Positions 16,728-24,605 of a DNA stretch of 39,081 nucleotides are shown here, one piece after another. The notes under the pieces were generated by a model, which did not search any database, was not told where the DNA came from, and saw only the letters and a list, made by a program, of their open reading frames with translations. Made by a program: the position numbers and the translations under genes. Position 1 is the stretch's first letter, and each line of letters opens with the position of its first letter. The DNA comes from a virus: positions 1 to 39,081 of the IMG/VR virus record IMGVR_UViG_3300023082_000006; one strand, 5' to 3'.

Positions 16728-16915
16728 CTCTCTTCTCCAAAAAGTGCATCAACTCGCGCCGAAAGATTCGCAACGTCTCTTGCGAACTGTGCGCGCCTGT
16801 CAGAATCCACATCTCGATTAATGAGGTTGTCCGTTGATATAAGCTTCGATGTTCGGTCTGCTTCTAGTTTCAGGCGAACCGCGTTTTCTACCAGTCGGTC
16901 GGTCAATCCTGTCAT
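16724..16915 (-). CDS. Hypothetical protein
   Basis: 63-aa helical ORF, translationally coupled to its neighbours. Confidence 0.6.
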   Translation of the reverse strand: MTGLTDRLVENAVRLKLEADRTSKLISTDNLINRDVDSDRRAQFARDVANLSARVDALFGEER

Positions 16916-17127
16916 CTCTCTTCTCCCAATTGAACCGCACGCGCGGCTCGTGAAGTGGCGGTGTCCAGACGCGACACGGCCAGTCTAAGGCGCGCGATGT
17001 CGTCTGAGGTTCGTGGTCCGTCTCGCTCAAGATTCCCGATGGCCAGCATGAGCAGGCTCATCGAATTCTCAAACGACGCCGGAGCGCGGACGTTGAGGGT
17101 TTCGGGGTGTTGGACGCAGTCGGTCAT
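16912..17127 (-). CDS. Hypothetical protein
   Basis: I chose the ATG at 17127 (MTDCVQHPETL...), which forms an ATGA overlap with the upstream stop. Confidence 0.6.
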   Translation of the reverse strand: MTDCVQHPETLNVRAPASFENSMSLLMLAIGNLERDGPRTSDDIARLRLAVSRLDTATSRAARAVQLGEER

Positions 17128-17381
17128 TGATAGGCTCCGGTCTTCAGGTCGTAAACTCGACGGCCTTCCGTCTTGGCGGCGACAGCGGCGATACGAATTG
17201 CGGTCCAGTCCCATCCGCCTTCGTCGTTCTCGATTAGCCAGCCTCCCGGTGAGGACGGGTTATCAATATGGGTTACCGCGCCGCACGGAGCGATCAAGTG
17301 GTCACCCATAGGGCCTGTTGCGCAGAAGTCATTGACGTGATGACGGTCACCGCAATGCGTGCAATCAACCATCGCCATCAC
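17124..17381 (-). CDS. Hypothetical Cys/His-rich protein
   Basis: 85 aa with a CTHCGDRHHVNDFC...C cluster. Confidence 0.65.
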   Translation of the reverse strand: MMAMVDCTHCGDRHHVNDFCATGPMGDHLIAPCGAVTHIDNPSSPGGWLIENDEGGWDWTAIRIAAVAAKTEGRRVYDLKTGAYQ

Positions 17382-17650
17382 GCCCCCTCCATCTGCACAT
17401 CAACCATCCGCCCGACCAGATACGGCTCGGCGTCGATAATCATACAGGCGATTTCCGTCGCCTGATCGTGTTGCTGCTCCGGCGCGGTGTGTTTGCGCAC
17501 CAGGGCGACCACATCGGCTACGGTCTTCTCCGCCTTGACGACGAAATCCGTCGCCTCGTCGCGGCTGGCCTGTGTGTTGCCGTGGCGGTCGGAATGGTCG
17601 GCGAAGAACTCGTTGGTCGCCGCGTAGAGGGATTGTTGGGTGGGGGTCAT
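17378..17650 (-). CDS. Hypothetical acidic protein
   Basis: 90 aa. Net charge is about -8 by hand count. Confidence 0.65.
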   Translation of the reverse strand: MTPTQQSLYAATNEFFADHSDRHGNTQASRDEATDFVVKAEKTVADVVALVRKHTAPEQQHDQATEIACMIIDAEPYLVGRMVDVQMEGA

Positions 17651-17886
17651 GCTGGGCGGCCTAGAAGCTTACGGCCCGCAGCGGTGATCTTGATGCCGTA
17701 ATAAGGTTGACGCATAGCCCCGTCCTTTGGGGCGTGTCTCGCCTTAACGATACGGGTCAGCTTGAGGTCTTGAAGCTCGCGCCCGGTCTTGGCGTCGAGA
17801 AAATCCCAAACGTCTGCGCCGGGAACTTTGCTCAGATGCTCAAGCATCTCCTGCTGCGCCGGGGTCAGATTAATCACGTCTTTCAT
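17647..17886 (-). CDS. First gene of the leftward operon; possible winged-helix DNA-binding protein
   Basis: The ATG at 17886 is preceded by GGAG at 7-nt spacing (the track start at 17892 is a TTG). LTPAQQEMLEHL...ITAAGRKLL is MarR-like. Confidence 0.65.
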   Translation of the reverse strand: MKDVINLTPAQQEMLEHLSKVPGADVWDFLDAKTGRELQDLKLTRIVKARHAPKDGAMRQPYYGIKITAAGRKLLGRPA

Positions 17887-17894
17887 CTTCAATC

Positions 17895-17912
17895 TCCAGT
17901 TCCAGTTCCAGT
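17895..17912. repeat. Three perfect tandem TCCAGT hexamers (ACTGGA x3 on the - strand) in the 5' leader of the leftward operon
   Basis: Read directly: tccagttccagttccagt. The copy nearest the start codon contributes the GGAG RBS. Confidence 0.85.
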
Positions 17913-17919
17913 AACCGGA

Positions 17920-17948
17920 ACCATGGACGGGGATTGGGGAGGTGTCAA
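17920..17948 (-). promoter_or_regulatory. Candidate leftward early promoter
   Basis: On the - strand, a perfect TTGACA at -35, N17, then a weak -10 (CATGGT). Confidence 0.35.
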
Positions 17949-17961
17949 ACTATTTTTCATG

Positions 17962-17990
17962 TTGAAAGTGAAATAGCGACAGGCTAGGGT
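17962..17990 (+). promoter_or_regulatory. Candidate rightward early promoter
   Basis: TTGAAA-N17-TAGGGT with an A/T-rich stretch (aaactatttttcat) upstream, followed by GGAGAG and the ATG at 18023. Confidence 0.4.
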
Positions 17991-18022
17991 GTGGGGACGC
18001 TGATAAGGGCGGACTGGAGAGA

Positions 18023-18316
18023 ATGATGACGGATAGCGAAATTGCGAATGACGGACGCGCTGAGTTTCGTGTGTGGTGGATTCCACAAGTTCCCGGAAGG
18101 CCTTTTGAAGCGACTGTCGCCTCCTATCGAGACGGCAAGGCGCTAGAAGATATTCTGGGTCGCTACGATGCGTTTCAGTTCGAACAACGCATTAAGGGTG
18201 ACTATTGCAATGCTGGCGGGGTTCAGTGGAAACACCCAGACATGACAGATGGGGAATGGTTGGATTTGGACGAAGATGAAGCTGAAGAATACGGCCTCTG
18301 GGAGCAATCTGCATGA
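18023..18316 (+). CDS. Strongly acidic hypothetical protein; first gene of the rightward operon
   Basis: 97 aa with 22 D/E against 9 K/R by hand count. The C-terminus is DLDEDEAEEYGLWEQSA. Confidence 0.75.
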   Translation: MMTDSEIANDGRAEFRVWWIPQVPGRPFEATVASYRDGKALEDILGRYDAFQFEQRIKGDYCNAGGVQWKHPDMTDGEWLDLDEDEAEEYGLWEQSA

Positions 18317-18510
18317 CCCGCGACGAAGTGACCGAACTGCTGCGCAAGAAGATAGAAAAGGTCGGCAGCGTCCCGAAGTTCAGCGGCAAGTTCGACCTGT
18401 CGGACCCGTACATCCGAAACGTCCTGTCGGGACGCACGTCGCCAGGACCGAAGATTTGCAAAATCCTCGGGATCGAGCCGGTGGATAAGAGCTGGAGGCG
18501 GGTGTCGTGA
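18313..18510 (+). CDS. Small HTH DNA-binding protein (Cro/YdaS-like)
   Basis: FDLSDPYIRNVLSGRTSPGPKICKILGIEP is typical of short phage HTH regulators. ATGA overlap. Confidence 0.6.
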   Translation: MTRDEVTELLRKKIEKVGSVPKFSGKFDLSDPYIRNVLSGRTSPGPKICKILGIEPVDKSWRRVS

Positions 18511-18689
18511 AGCGCGCAGCATGGTTTATTGGCGCATGGTTGTCTGCGATGGCGCTGTGTATCGGTGGTCTGATAGCCGCAAAAATAGGAGCCTATACGG
18601 CTGAGGGATTTTGGTTCTTTGCCGCCTGCTACCTGACTTTTATACCGGCAATGGTGATTTGCCTCGCAAGGGGGATCAATCATGAGTGA
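18507..18689 (+). CDS. Small membrane protein (60 aa, 2 TM)
   Basis: AAWFIGAWLSAMALCIGGLIAA and FWFFAACYLTFIPAMVICLA. GTGA overlap. Confidence 0.6.
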   Translation: MKRAAWFIGAWLSAMALCIGGLIAAKIGAYTAEGFWFFAACYLTFIPAMVICLARGINHE

Positions 18690-18843
18690 GATCGCTAACG
18701 GAGAAATCCGTTCCGGACCCATCTTCACCCCCACCGAACGCGCCTACCTCCTGAGGTTATTGGGCGGGTCGTTGGAAGTGGAGGGGATGACGGCGCAGGA
18801 TGTGTTGGTGTTGCGCAGGAAGGTGGAGGGGCTCGATGGGTAA
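18682..18843 (+). CDS. Small hypothetical protein, 53 aa
   Basis: Not in the ORF track. Its ATG overlaps the end of the upstream gene by 8 nt, and its codons are GC3-rich. Confidence 0.45.
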   Translation: MSEIANGEIRSGPIFTPTERAYLLRLLGGSLEVEGMTAQDVLVLRRKVEGLDG

Positions 18844-18976
18844 GCTGCGTGAAATCAAAAATCGCATTCATAAGTGGGGAAAAACCCCGGCCAATGATAG
18901 CGACGTTATCGGTTGCGGTGTCTTCATGCTGCTGGGGTCCTTAGCGGTAATATATCTTGCCCTGAGGTTCGCATGA
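18836..18976 (+). CDS. Small C-terminally anchored membrane peptide, 46 aa
   Basis: Not in the ORF track. MGKLREIKNRIHKWGKTPANDSDVIGCGVFMLLGSLAVIYLALRFA, with an ATGA overlap onto the GcrA-like gene. Confidence 0.45.
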   Translation: MGKLREIKNRIHKWGKTPANDSDVIGCGVFMLLGSLAVIYLALRFA

Positions 18977-19281
18977 TCACCCACGCCAACCAGAACACCA
19001 CCCCGTGGACCACGCAGAAAACCGAAACCCTGATCCAACTGCACAAACAGGGCCGTTCCTTCAACGAGATCGCGGACGAGATGAAGATGACCCGCAATCA
19101 GGTGTGCGGGAAGCTGGATCGGCTCGGGCTTGTCGGATCGACATCCAAGCGCATACGCACGTTCCAACGAAGGATCAACATGAACCCCCGCAAGATCGAC
19201 CGTGGCGATTGGGATATGAAGCTGTTCGAGCCGTGGGCCGTCAGGAAAGAGCGGCTTCAGAGGGAGCGGGCTAATGTGTAG
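18973..19281 (+). CDS. GcrA-like cell-cycle regulator homologue (short, 102 aa)
   Basis: WTTQKTETLIQLHKQGRSFNEIADEMKMTRNQVCGKLDRLGL matches the GcrA N-terminal DNA-binding signature (W-T..L..L...G.S...IA.E...RN.V.GK..RLGL). I chose the ATG at 18973. Confidence 0.75.
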   Translation: MITHANQNTTPWTTQKTETLIQLHKQGRSFNEIADEMKMTRNQVCGKLDRLGLVGSTSKRIRTFQRRINMNPRKIDRGDWDMKLFEPWAVRKERLQRERANV

Positions 19282-19645
19282 CGAGTGCGTCGCCCTGCGT
19301 GCCGAGAATGATACCTTGCGCGCGATCCTGTACCCGGAGCCGGACAAGGAGCGCATCTTCCTGCTTGCCCAGAGGCTTCGTATACGTCCTCAAGACGCGC
19401 GCGTTTTGTCACGGCTGATGGACTCCCCCGGCGAGGTCGTTCCGCATGTCGCGCTCCAGAAGGCGTCTGAGTACGGCGGTGACATCGGAACTCATGCAGC
19501 TCGTCAGAATATGTCCCAGAAGATCGCCGCAATCCGTGCCGCGCTGTCGTCTATCGGGCTGAAAACCACGGACCTCAAGAACTGGCATAGGCGCGGTTAT
19601 GCACTGTCTGTCGAGGCCGCCTCTGCGCTGGAGGCCATCCGTTGA
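19274..19645 (+). CDS. Winged-helix transcriptional regulator (OmpR/PhoB C-terminal-domain-like)
   Basis: VVPHVALQKASEYGGDIGTHAARQNMSQKIAAIRAAL...WHRRGYALS resembles the trans_reg_C pattern. Confidence 0.55.
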   Translation: MCSECVALRAENDTLRAILYPEPDKERIFLLAQRLRIRPQDARVLSRLMDSPGEVVPHVALQKASEYGGDIGTHAARQNMSQKIAAIRAALSSIGLKTTDLKNWHRRGYALSVEAASALEAIR

Positions 19646-19824
19646 CCGGCCTTAAGCGTGTCATGACCATTCTGGAATCGTGCCCCGGCACGGTCGCCAA
19701 GGAGGTCTTCTATCGCCACGGCATCCCGCAAGCGTCGCTGCTGACGTGGATCAGCCATGCGCGGCTTGAGGGGGTGCAGATCGAATCGGTGTGGTGTCTG
19801 GGGTATCGGTTGGTGCGGGGATGA
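19642..19824 (+). CDS. Small putative winged-helix protein
   Basis: 60 aa ending in ...VWCLGYRLVRG. The start is a TTG, and an alternative ATG lies 7 codons downstream. Confidence 0.5.
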   Translation: MTGLKRVMTILESCPGTVAKEVFYRHGIPQASLLTWISHARLEGVQIESVWCLGYRLVRG

Positions 19825-21302
19825 TCCAGTTAAGAGAGGATCAGCAACAGGCCGTTGACGACATGCGCGCGGCACTGAGAGACCATCAATCGATCCTGTT
19901 CCGTGGGCCAACCGGCGTCGGCAAGACTGTGATCGCTGCGTACATGGCCCGCGCTTCCACAGAGAAACGCCGCCGCGTTATCTTCGGGGTCCATAGGCGG
20001 GAACTGGCGGAACAGACCGCGAAGACGTTCGACCAGTTCGGAATCAAATACGGGTTCATCGCAGCCGGTCGCCCATCCAACCCGTTCGCCATGGTCCAGA
20101 TCGCCAGCGCGGACACACTCCGTTCACGTCCCGGCCTGCTGAAGGGGTGCAAGCTGTTCGTCCCTGACGAATCGCACCTGTGGGCCAGCAAGACCCGCTC
20201 AGACCTGATCCACGCGGCACGGGCTGAAGGTTCGTTGATCGTCGGCCTCACTGCGACACCGGAACGTCTGGATGGGAAACCTCTGGACAGCCTGTTTGAT
20301 CATATGGTGCAGGGTCCGTCCGAGTCCTGGCTGATCGAAAACGGCCACCTGTCGCGGTATCGCGCCTATGCCCCCGTGCGTCCAGACTTCACAGGCCTGC
20401 ACACACAGATGGGCGAATACGTCACCTCCGAGCTTGAAGAGAAGTTCGACAAGCCTGCTATCCATGGCGATGCAATCGACGCGTGGAGGAAATACGCCGC
20501 CGGGAAGCGAACGATGGTCTTCGCGATCTCTCGGAAGCACGGCCAGCACGTCACCGACGAATATAACGCGGCAGGGATTCCGGCTGTCTATATCGACGGG
20601 ACGATCTCGAATGAAGAGCGCCGGTCGCGAATCCTGAAGTTCGCTAACGGACAAGCGATGATCCTGGTGTCCATTAACCTCGCCATTGAGGGTTTCGACC
20701 TGTCTGCACAGGTTGGCCGCGATGTTCCTGTTCAGTGCGTCCAGCTTCTAAACCCGACGAAATCGAAAGCTCGCGCCCGTCAGATGATGGGGCGGGCGCT
20801 ACGTAAGAAGCCTGACGAAGCGATCATCCTCGACCACGTGAACATGATCATGAACAAGGACGGGACCGTTAACCACGGGTTCCCTGACGACGAAATCGAA
20901 TGGTCTTTGGAGGGGCGCGCTCGCAATAAAGCTGAATCTGCGGGGGAACTGGCGATCAAACAATGCGAGTCCTGTTTCGCGACGTACAAGTCCGGATTGA
21001 GGGCCTGTCCGTATTGTTCCAGCGAACGTGTCGTCAAAGAGCGCAAGGTTGAACAGATTGAAGGAGAACTGGCTGAGATTCAGCGAGCTAAAGAGGAAGG
21101 CCTGATTAAAAAGGTTGCTCGCATGGAGGTTGGCAGAACCTCCGACATTGAAAAACTGGCCGACATCGCCCTAGCCAGAAACTACAAAACCGGCTGGCTG
21201 ATCAGCCAAGCCAAAATCAAGAAACTCGAACCGATCACATGGAACGAGGCCTGCAAGCTCATGTTTGACGCCAAGGCCCGCGCTCTTAAGGTGGCGGCGT
21301 GA
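19821..21302 (+). CDS. SF2 DEAD/DEAH-box (ResIII-type) DNA helicase with a C-terminal zinc ribbon
   Basis: Walker A GPTGVGKT, motif II DESH, motif III TATP, and a later CESC...CPYC. I chose the ATG at 19821 (ATGA overlap). Confidence 0.85.
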   Translation: MIQLREDQQQAVDDMRAALRDHQSILFRGPTGVGKTVIAAYMARASTEKRRRVIFGVHRRELAEQTAKTFDQFGIKYGFIAAGRPSNPFAMVQIASADTLRSRPGLLKGCKLFVPDESHLWASKTRSDLIHAARAEGSLIVGLTATPERLDGKPLDSLFDHMVQGPSESWLIENGHLSRYRAYAPVRPDFTGLHTQMGEYVTSELEEKFDKPAIHGDAIDAWRKYAAGKRTMVFAISRKHGQHVTDEYNAAGIPAVYIDGTISNEERRSRILKFANGQAMILVSINLAIEGFDLSAQVGRDVPVQCVQLLNPTKSKARARQMMGRALRKKPDEAIILDHVNMIMNKDGTVNHGFPDDEIEWSLEGRARNKAESAGELAIKQCESCFATYKSGLRACPYCSSERVVKERKVEQIEGELAEIQRAKEEGLIKKVARMEVGRTSDIEKLADIALARNYKTGWLISQAKIKKLEPITWNEACKLMFDAKARALKVAA

Positions 21303-21568
21303 TTGTGCTGGTGACTGGCGCTAAGGGTTTCTGTGAGGTTCGTCCTGGCATGGATCACATGCACGAACGTCGCTCGCTTGGCTGGACGCTGGATTTCATC
21401 AAGCCTGACGCGGTGATCTCTGACGGCCAGCCTGGAGCCGGTCGCTGGGCTCGCATATGGGCCGAGAAGCGCGGGATAGACGTTACCGCCGGTCGTCCTG
21501 ACTATTGCGTGTCGTTCGACGGAGGGCCTATCCCTGATGGCGTGTCAGCCTATCAGGTGAAGACGTGA
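21299..21568 (+). CDS. SLOG/DUF2493-like small protein
   Basis: IVLVTGAKG...AVISDGQPGAGRWARIWAEKRGIDV resembles the YspA/DUF2493 Rossmann-like pattern. GTGA overlap. Confidence 0.5.
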   Translation: MIVLVTGAKGFCEVRPGMDHMHERRSLGWTLDFIKPDAVISDGQPGAGRWARIWAEKRGIDVTAGRPDYCVSFDGGPIPDGVSAYQVKT

Positions 21569-21960
21569 CCCCCGCCGCCATCCTCACGAACCAGATTCGA
21601 CTAGCCGTGTCCGACATCGGGGCGCGGCTTTTCGTTGTGACGGTCGGGAAGTTCTGGTCGGGTCAGGTGGTCGGGAAAACACCGTCTGGAAATCTGATCC
21701 TTAAGAACGCCCGTATCGTCAACGTCGGTTTCGAGGGTCAGTCAGACCTCTGCGGGTTTACGCCTACGCTGATCACGCAGGATATGGTCGGACAGGTTAT
21801 TCCGGTGTTTTCCGTGGTCGAGGTAAAGGCAGGCAAGGATCGCATCCGACCGGCTCAGCAGAAATATATCGACGCCATTAAAAAAATAGGGGGGCGGGCT
21901 GGTGTGGCCCGCTCCCCTGAGGATGCGATTAGGATATTGAAGGATCAGGCGGGGGAGTAA
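21565..21960 (+). CDS. VRR-NUC domain nuclease
   Basis: GQSDLCGF...[29 protein letters not shown] fits the PD-(D/E)xK VRR-NUC signature (D...E.K...Q). Confidence 0.65.
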   Translation: MTPAAILTNQIRLAVSDIGARLFVVTVGKFWSGQVVGKTPSGNLILKNARIVNVGFEGQSDLCGFTPTLITQDMVGQVIPVFSVVEVKAGKDRIRPAQQKYIDAIKKIGGRAGVARSPEDAIRILKDQAGE

Positions 21961-22421
21961 TGTCCCGCCATAGTCATGAAAGGTATGTCGTCGTCTTCTA
22001 GTTCATAAGGCGGCTTCGGCTTGGGCTCTTCGTCCTTCACGTAACCACCGCCGCCTCCTGTGTTCTCAGACTTTCCACCCAACATCGTCAGTACGCCGTT
22101 AAACCGACCCACCTTGACCTCGGTGGAATACTTTTCCACGCCGTCTTTGTCGGTCCACTTCCGCGTCTCCAACGCTCCCTCGATATAGACCGTCGATCCC
22201 TTCTTCAAGTATTGCTCCACGACCTTGACGATATTGTCGTTAAAGATCGACACGCGGTGCCATTCGGTCTTCTCCTTGCGCTCACCGGAAGACTTATCCT
22301 TCCAGCTTTCCGACGTGGCTACGGACAGATTCGCCACCCGATCTCCGTTCGGCATTGAGCGGATTTCCGGGTCGCGTCCCAGGTTACCTACGAGGATGAC
22401 TTTATTCACTGATCCAGCCAC
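21945..22421 (-). CDS. ssb: Single-stranded DNA-binding protein with a 10-aa extension beyond the canonical DDDIPF tip
   Basis: [21 protein letters not shown]...WHRV... OB-fold signature, a Gly-rich linker, then EDDDIPF followed by [10 protein letters not shown] before the stop. Confidence 0.9.
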   Translation of the reverse strand: MAGSVNKVILVGNLGRDPEIRSMPNGDRVANLSVATSESWKDKSSGERKEKTEWHRVSIFNDNIVKVVEQYLKKGSTVYIEGALETRKWTDKDGVEKYSTEVKVGRFNGVLTMLGGKSENTGGGGGYVKDEEPKPKPPYELEDDDIPFMTMAGHYSPA

Positions 22422-22423
22422 GT

Positions 22424-23029
22424 CTAGTTCTCCGTCTCGGTTTTAAAGGATTCGATTTTCTCGGTAACCATGGTGGCGATTTCGCCAGCACGGATTTTAT
22501 CGGCGGCTCGTGCCTGCTCACGGAACGGGCGCTGTTCGCCCCACCATGCAGCCAGTTCGTCGCCATCTGCCGCGCTGGACACGTACGCCTCTACGTCTGA
22601 GGCGAACTTGTCGATGTCGAAGTCAGGCGCGGCTTTCTTCACGATCAGGGGCTTAACGGTGAACGCCTTCTTGCTGCCCCGTGTAGCCGTCAAGGCCATG
22701 GAAACCGGCGCGCTGATGTCCGACATGTGAGAGATACGAATACCACCCACCTCAAGCCCGCCGAACTTCACGTTCGGGTCGCGATAGAGCGTCATAGATC
22801 GTCCGACGTATTTCGACACGTCAGCCTTCCAGACGTGAACGATAGCCCGCCGCATGGATTTCCCTGGCTTGTACGGCTTGCCTTCGTCGCCCTTGAAATA
22901 GATCGACACCGGCTGATCACCGCCCTCGACCGTAACTTTCGTGATGGTGATCGTCTTGTCTTTCCCGACCAGATCGTCAGCGTTTAGCTGATCTGATTTG
23001 GCAACTATGGTGTCCAGAATGTCGGTCAC
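22424..23029 (-). CDS. Hypothetical protein in the recombination module (candidate annealing or accessory protein)
   Basis: 201 aa, lying between the ssb and exonuclease genes. No motif recognised. Confidence 0.75.
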   Translation of the reverse strand: MTDILDTIVAKSDQLNADDLVGKDKTITITKVTVEGGDQPVSIYFKGDEGKPYKPGKSMRRAIVHVWKADVSKYVGRSMTLYRDPNVKFGGLEVGGIRISHMSDISAPVSMALTATRGSKKAFTVKPLIVKKAAPDFDIDKFASDVEAYVSSAADGDELAAWWGEQRPFREQARAADKIRAGEIATMVTEKIESFKTETEN

Positions 23030-23730
23030 TTGCTCTCTCCATTTCTGCGCTCAATCTCGCGCTTTGCGTTCCATTTCGTGTCGTCATCCATATCCGAACC
23101 CAGAATCCAGTTCAGATAGCTTTGCGGCGCATCTGGCCACGACGAGCCCTTGTGTTTGCCGAAGTTGATTCGCGGCATCAGTTTGGGCTCTTTCGTCCAG
23201 GCAACCATCTCCTTTCCGGTCAGCCCGGTGGCGAACAGGGCCTTGAGGATATGCGCCGTAACGTATGCATCCGGCCCTGCACGGTGCGGCGGCATCGCCA
23301 CCTCATACTCCAGCGACAAAAGTCCCTGATCTTCCAGCCAATACCTTAGCGCACCGTTCGAATGCGAGGGCGCATCAGGCCACACGCGAAGAGCGGCCTT
23401 ATACGTGCAGACCAAGGGCAGACCCGGTTCGCCTAACCACTGCTGCTCAAAGTTCATGTTGTGGGCGACGATTGCCGCAACGCCATCTTCTTTGAACGAA
23501 TCGACCAAAGATTCAGAGTCGTATTCCGGAGCGCCTTCCAAGTCAGCCAGTCTGATGTGATGAACCGCCCGATTTTCTGGCGGGATCACATCCGCTGAAC
23601 AAAGGAACGAAATCGGATCACTGATCCCCTTCGTCTCCACATTATAATCCGAATACCCGACCTCGATAACTACAGCCTCAGGAGGTTCGAACCCGGTCGT
23701 TTCGAAATCCAGCACACGAAGCGTGGTCAT
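23026..23730 (-). CDS. DEDDh 3'-5' exonuclease (DnaQ/ExoX-like) with a C-terminal DUF3820-like domain
   Basis: Exo I LDFETTG, Exo II VAHNMNFE, Exo III HRAGPDAY. The C-terminal FGKHKGSSWPDAPQSYLNWIL resembles the ExoX C-terminal domain. Confidence 0.8.
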   Translation of the reverse strand: MTTLRVLDFETTGFEPPEAVVIEVGYSDYNVETKGISDPISFLCSADVIPPENRAVHHIRLADLEGAPEYDSESLVDSFKEDGVAAIVAHNMNFEQQWLGEPGLPLVCTYKAALRVWPDAPSHSNGALRYWLEDQGLLSLEYEVAMPPHRAGPDAYVTAHILKALFATGLTGKEMVAWTKEPKLMPRINFGKHKGSSWPDAPQSYLNWILGSDMDDDTKWNAKREIERRNGESK

Positions 23731-24419
23731 TCGGGCTCTCCCAGATACATTTCCTGTTCGACACGGCGCTCCGTCTTCACCAGACGCAGGGTCGGGTTCG
23801 CGGCGCGGGTCTTATACAGATCGACCTTTTCGGCCACCTTGGTCTCAAACGAAGTCGCCGCCTTCAGGATCGCTTCCTGAACCTCAGGATCAGGCAGAAC
23901 CCGCAGCGTCACCATTTCCATGCCGCCGGAGTACGAAACGAAATCGATCCACTTCCGACCGGTAACTAGCAATCCGGTCTGAAGCTGGAGAACGTATTCA
24001 TCTGGAACGGCCAGATCAGTGATCGTCTGAAGCTGGAACTTCTGGCGACGCGACTTGATCTCAATCAGACCGTCGCTTCCGACCAGACCGTCAGGCGAGT
24101 AACCAATGGTGAATCCCCACTGATCGTTCGTGATGAACCCGACCTCTTCGACCTCGGCATATTCGCGGGCATAGATCAGGCGGGCCTCAACCTCGTCGTC
24201 ATGGCCGCGCAGCATGTCATCAGACACATAGTGCGGCTCGACATATCCGGTGACACGCTGGGCGGCCAGTTCGTAAACATGGGTCCGCGTCTTCTCGTTG
24301 TCTGCGACCTTCAGCGTCGGTGTCAAGACCAACTTCATTTCGCTGGCGGTCAGGCGACCGCATCTTAACTCAAGCCATTCGTCCGATCCCTGAACGATGT
24401 CGTGGTGGTAGGTTGGCAT
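23727..24419 (-). CDS. YqaJ-like (lambda Exo-type) recombination exonuclease
   Basis: QGSDEWLELRCGRLTASE at the N-terminus and GYSPDGLV...GLIEIKSR (PD-(D/E)xK). Confidence 0.8.
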   Translation of the reverse strand: MPTYHHDIVQGSDEWLELRCGRLTASEMKLVLTPTLKVADNEKTRTHVYELAAQRVTGYVEPHYVSDDMLRGHDDEVEARLIYAREYAEVEEVGFITNDQWGFTIGYSPDGLVGSDGLIEIKSRRQKFQLQTITDLAVPDEYVLQLQTGLLVTGRKWIDFVSYSGGMEMVTLRVLPDPEVQEAILKAATSFETKVAEKVDLYKTRAANPTLRLVKTERRVEQEMYLGEPE

Positions 24420-24605
24420 TCATTCCTCCGATGCAATTTCTGAAATTCGGTTTGCTGTTTGGTGGATTGCATTCAAATGTACAGCCCACCCGTACGAACT
24501 TTTGTCCGGGCCTTCAGCGATCATCGCCTCAAGTCTCTCGACATACCTCTGAATTATCCAAACCCTCTCGTGGTCGTTTATCCGCACCGCTTGACCTCCT
24601 GTCAT
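24420..24605 (-). CDS. Hypothetical protein; first gene of the recombination operon
   Basis: 61-aa ORF. Its stop abuts the exonuclease ATG. No clear RBS. Confidence 0.5.
   Translation of the reverse strand: MTGGQAVRINDHERVWIIQRYVERLEAMIAEGPDKSSYGWAVHLNAIHQTANRISEIASEE

Noticed and set aside
17889-18086. 65-aa - strand ORF spanning the divergent control region
   Set aside because: It overlaps the promoter region and the start of a well-supported + strand gene, and has no RBS.
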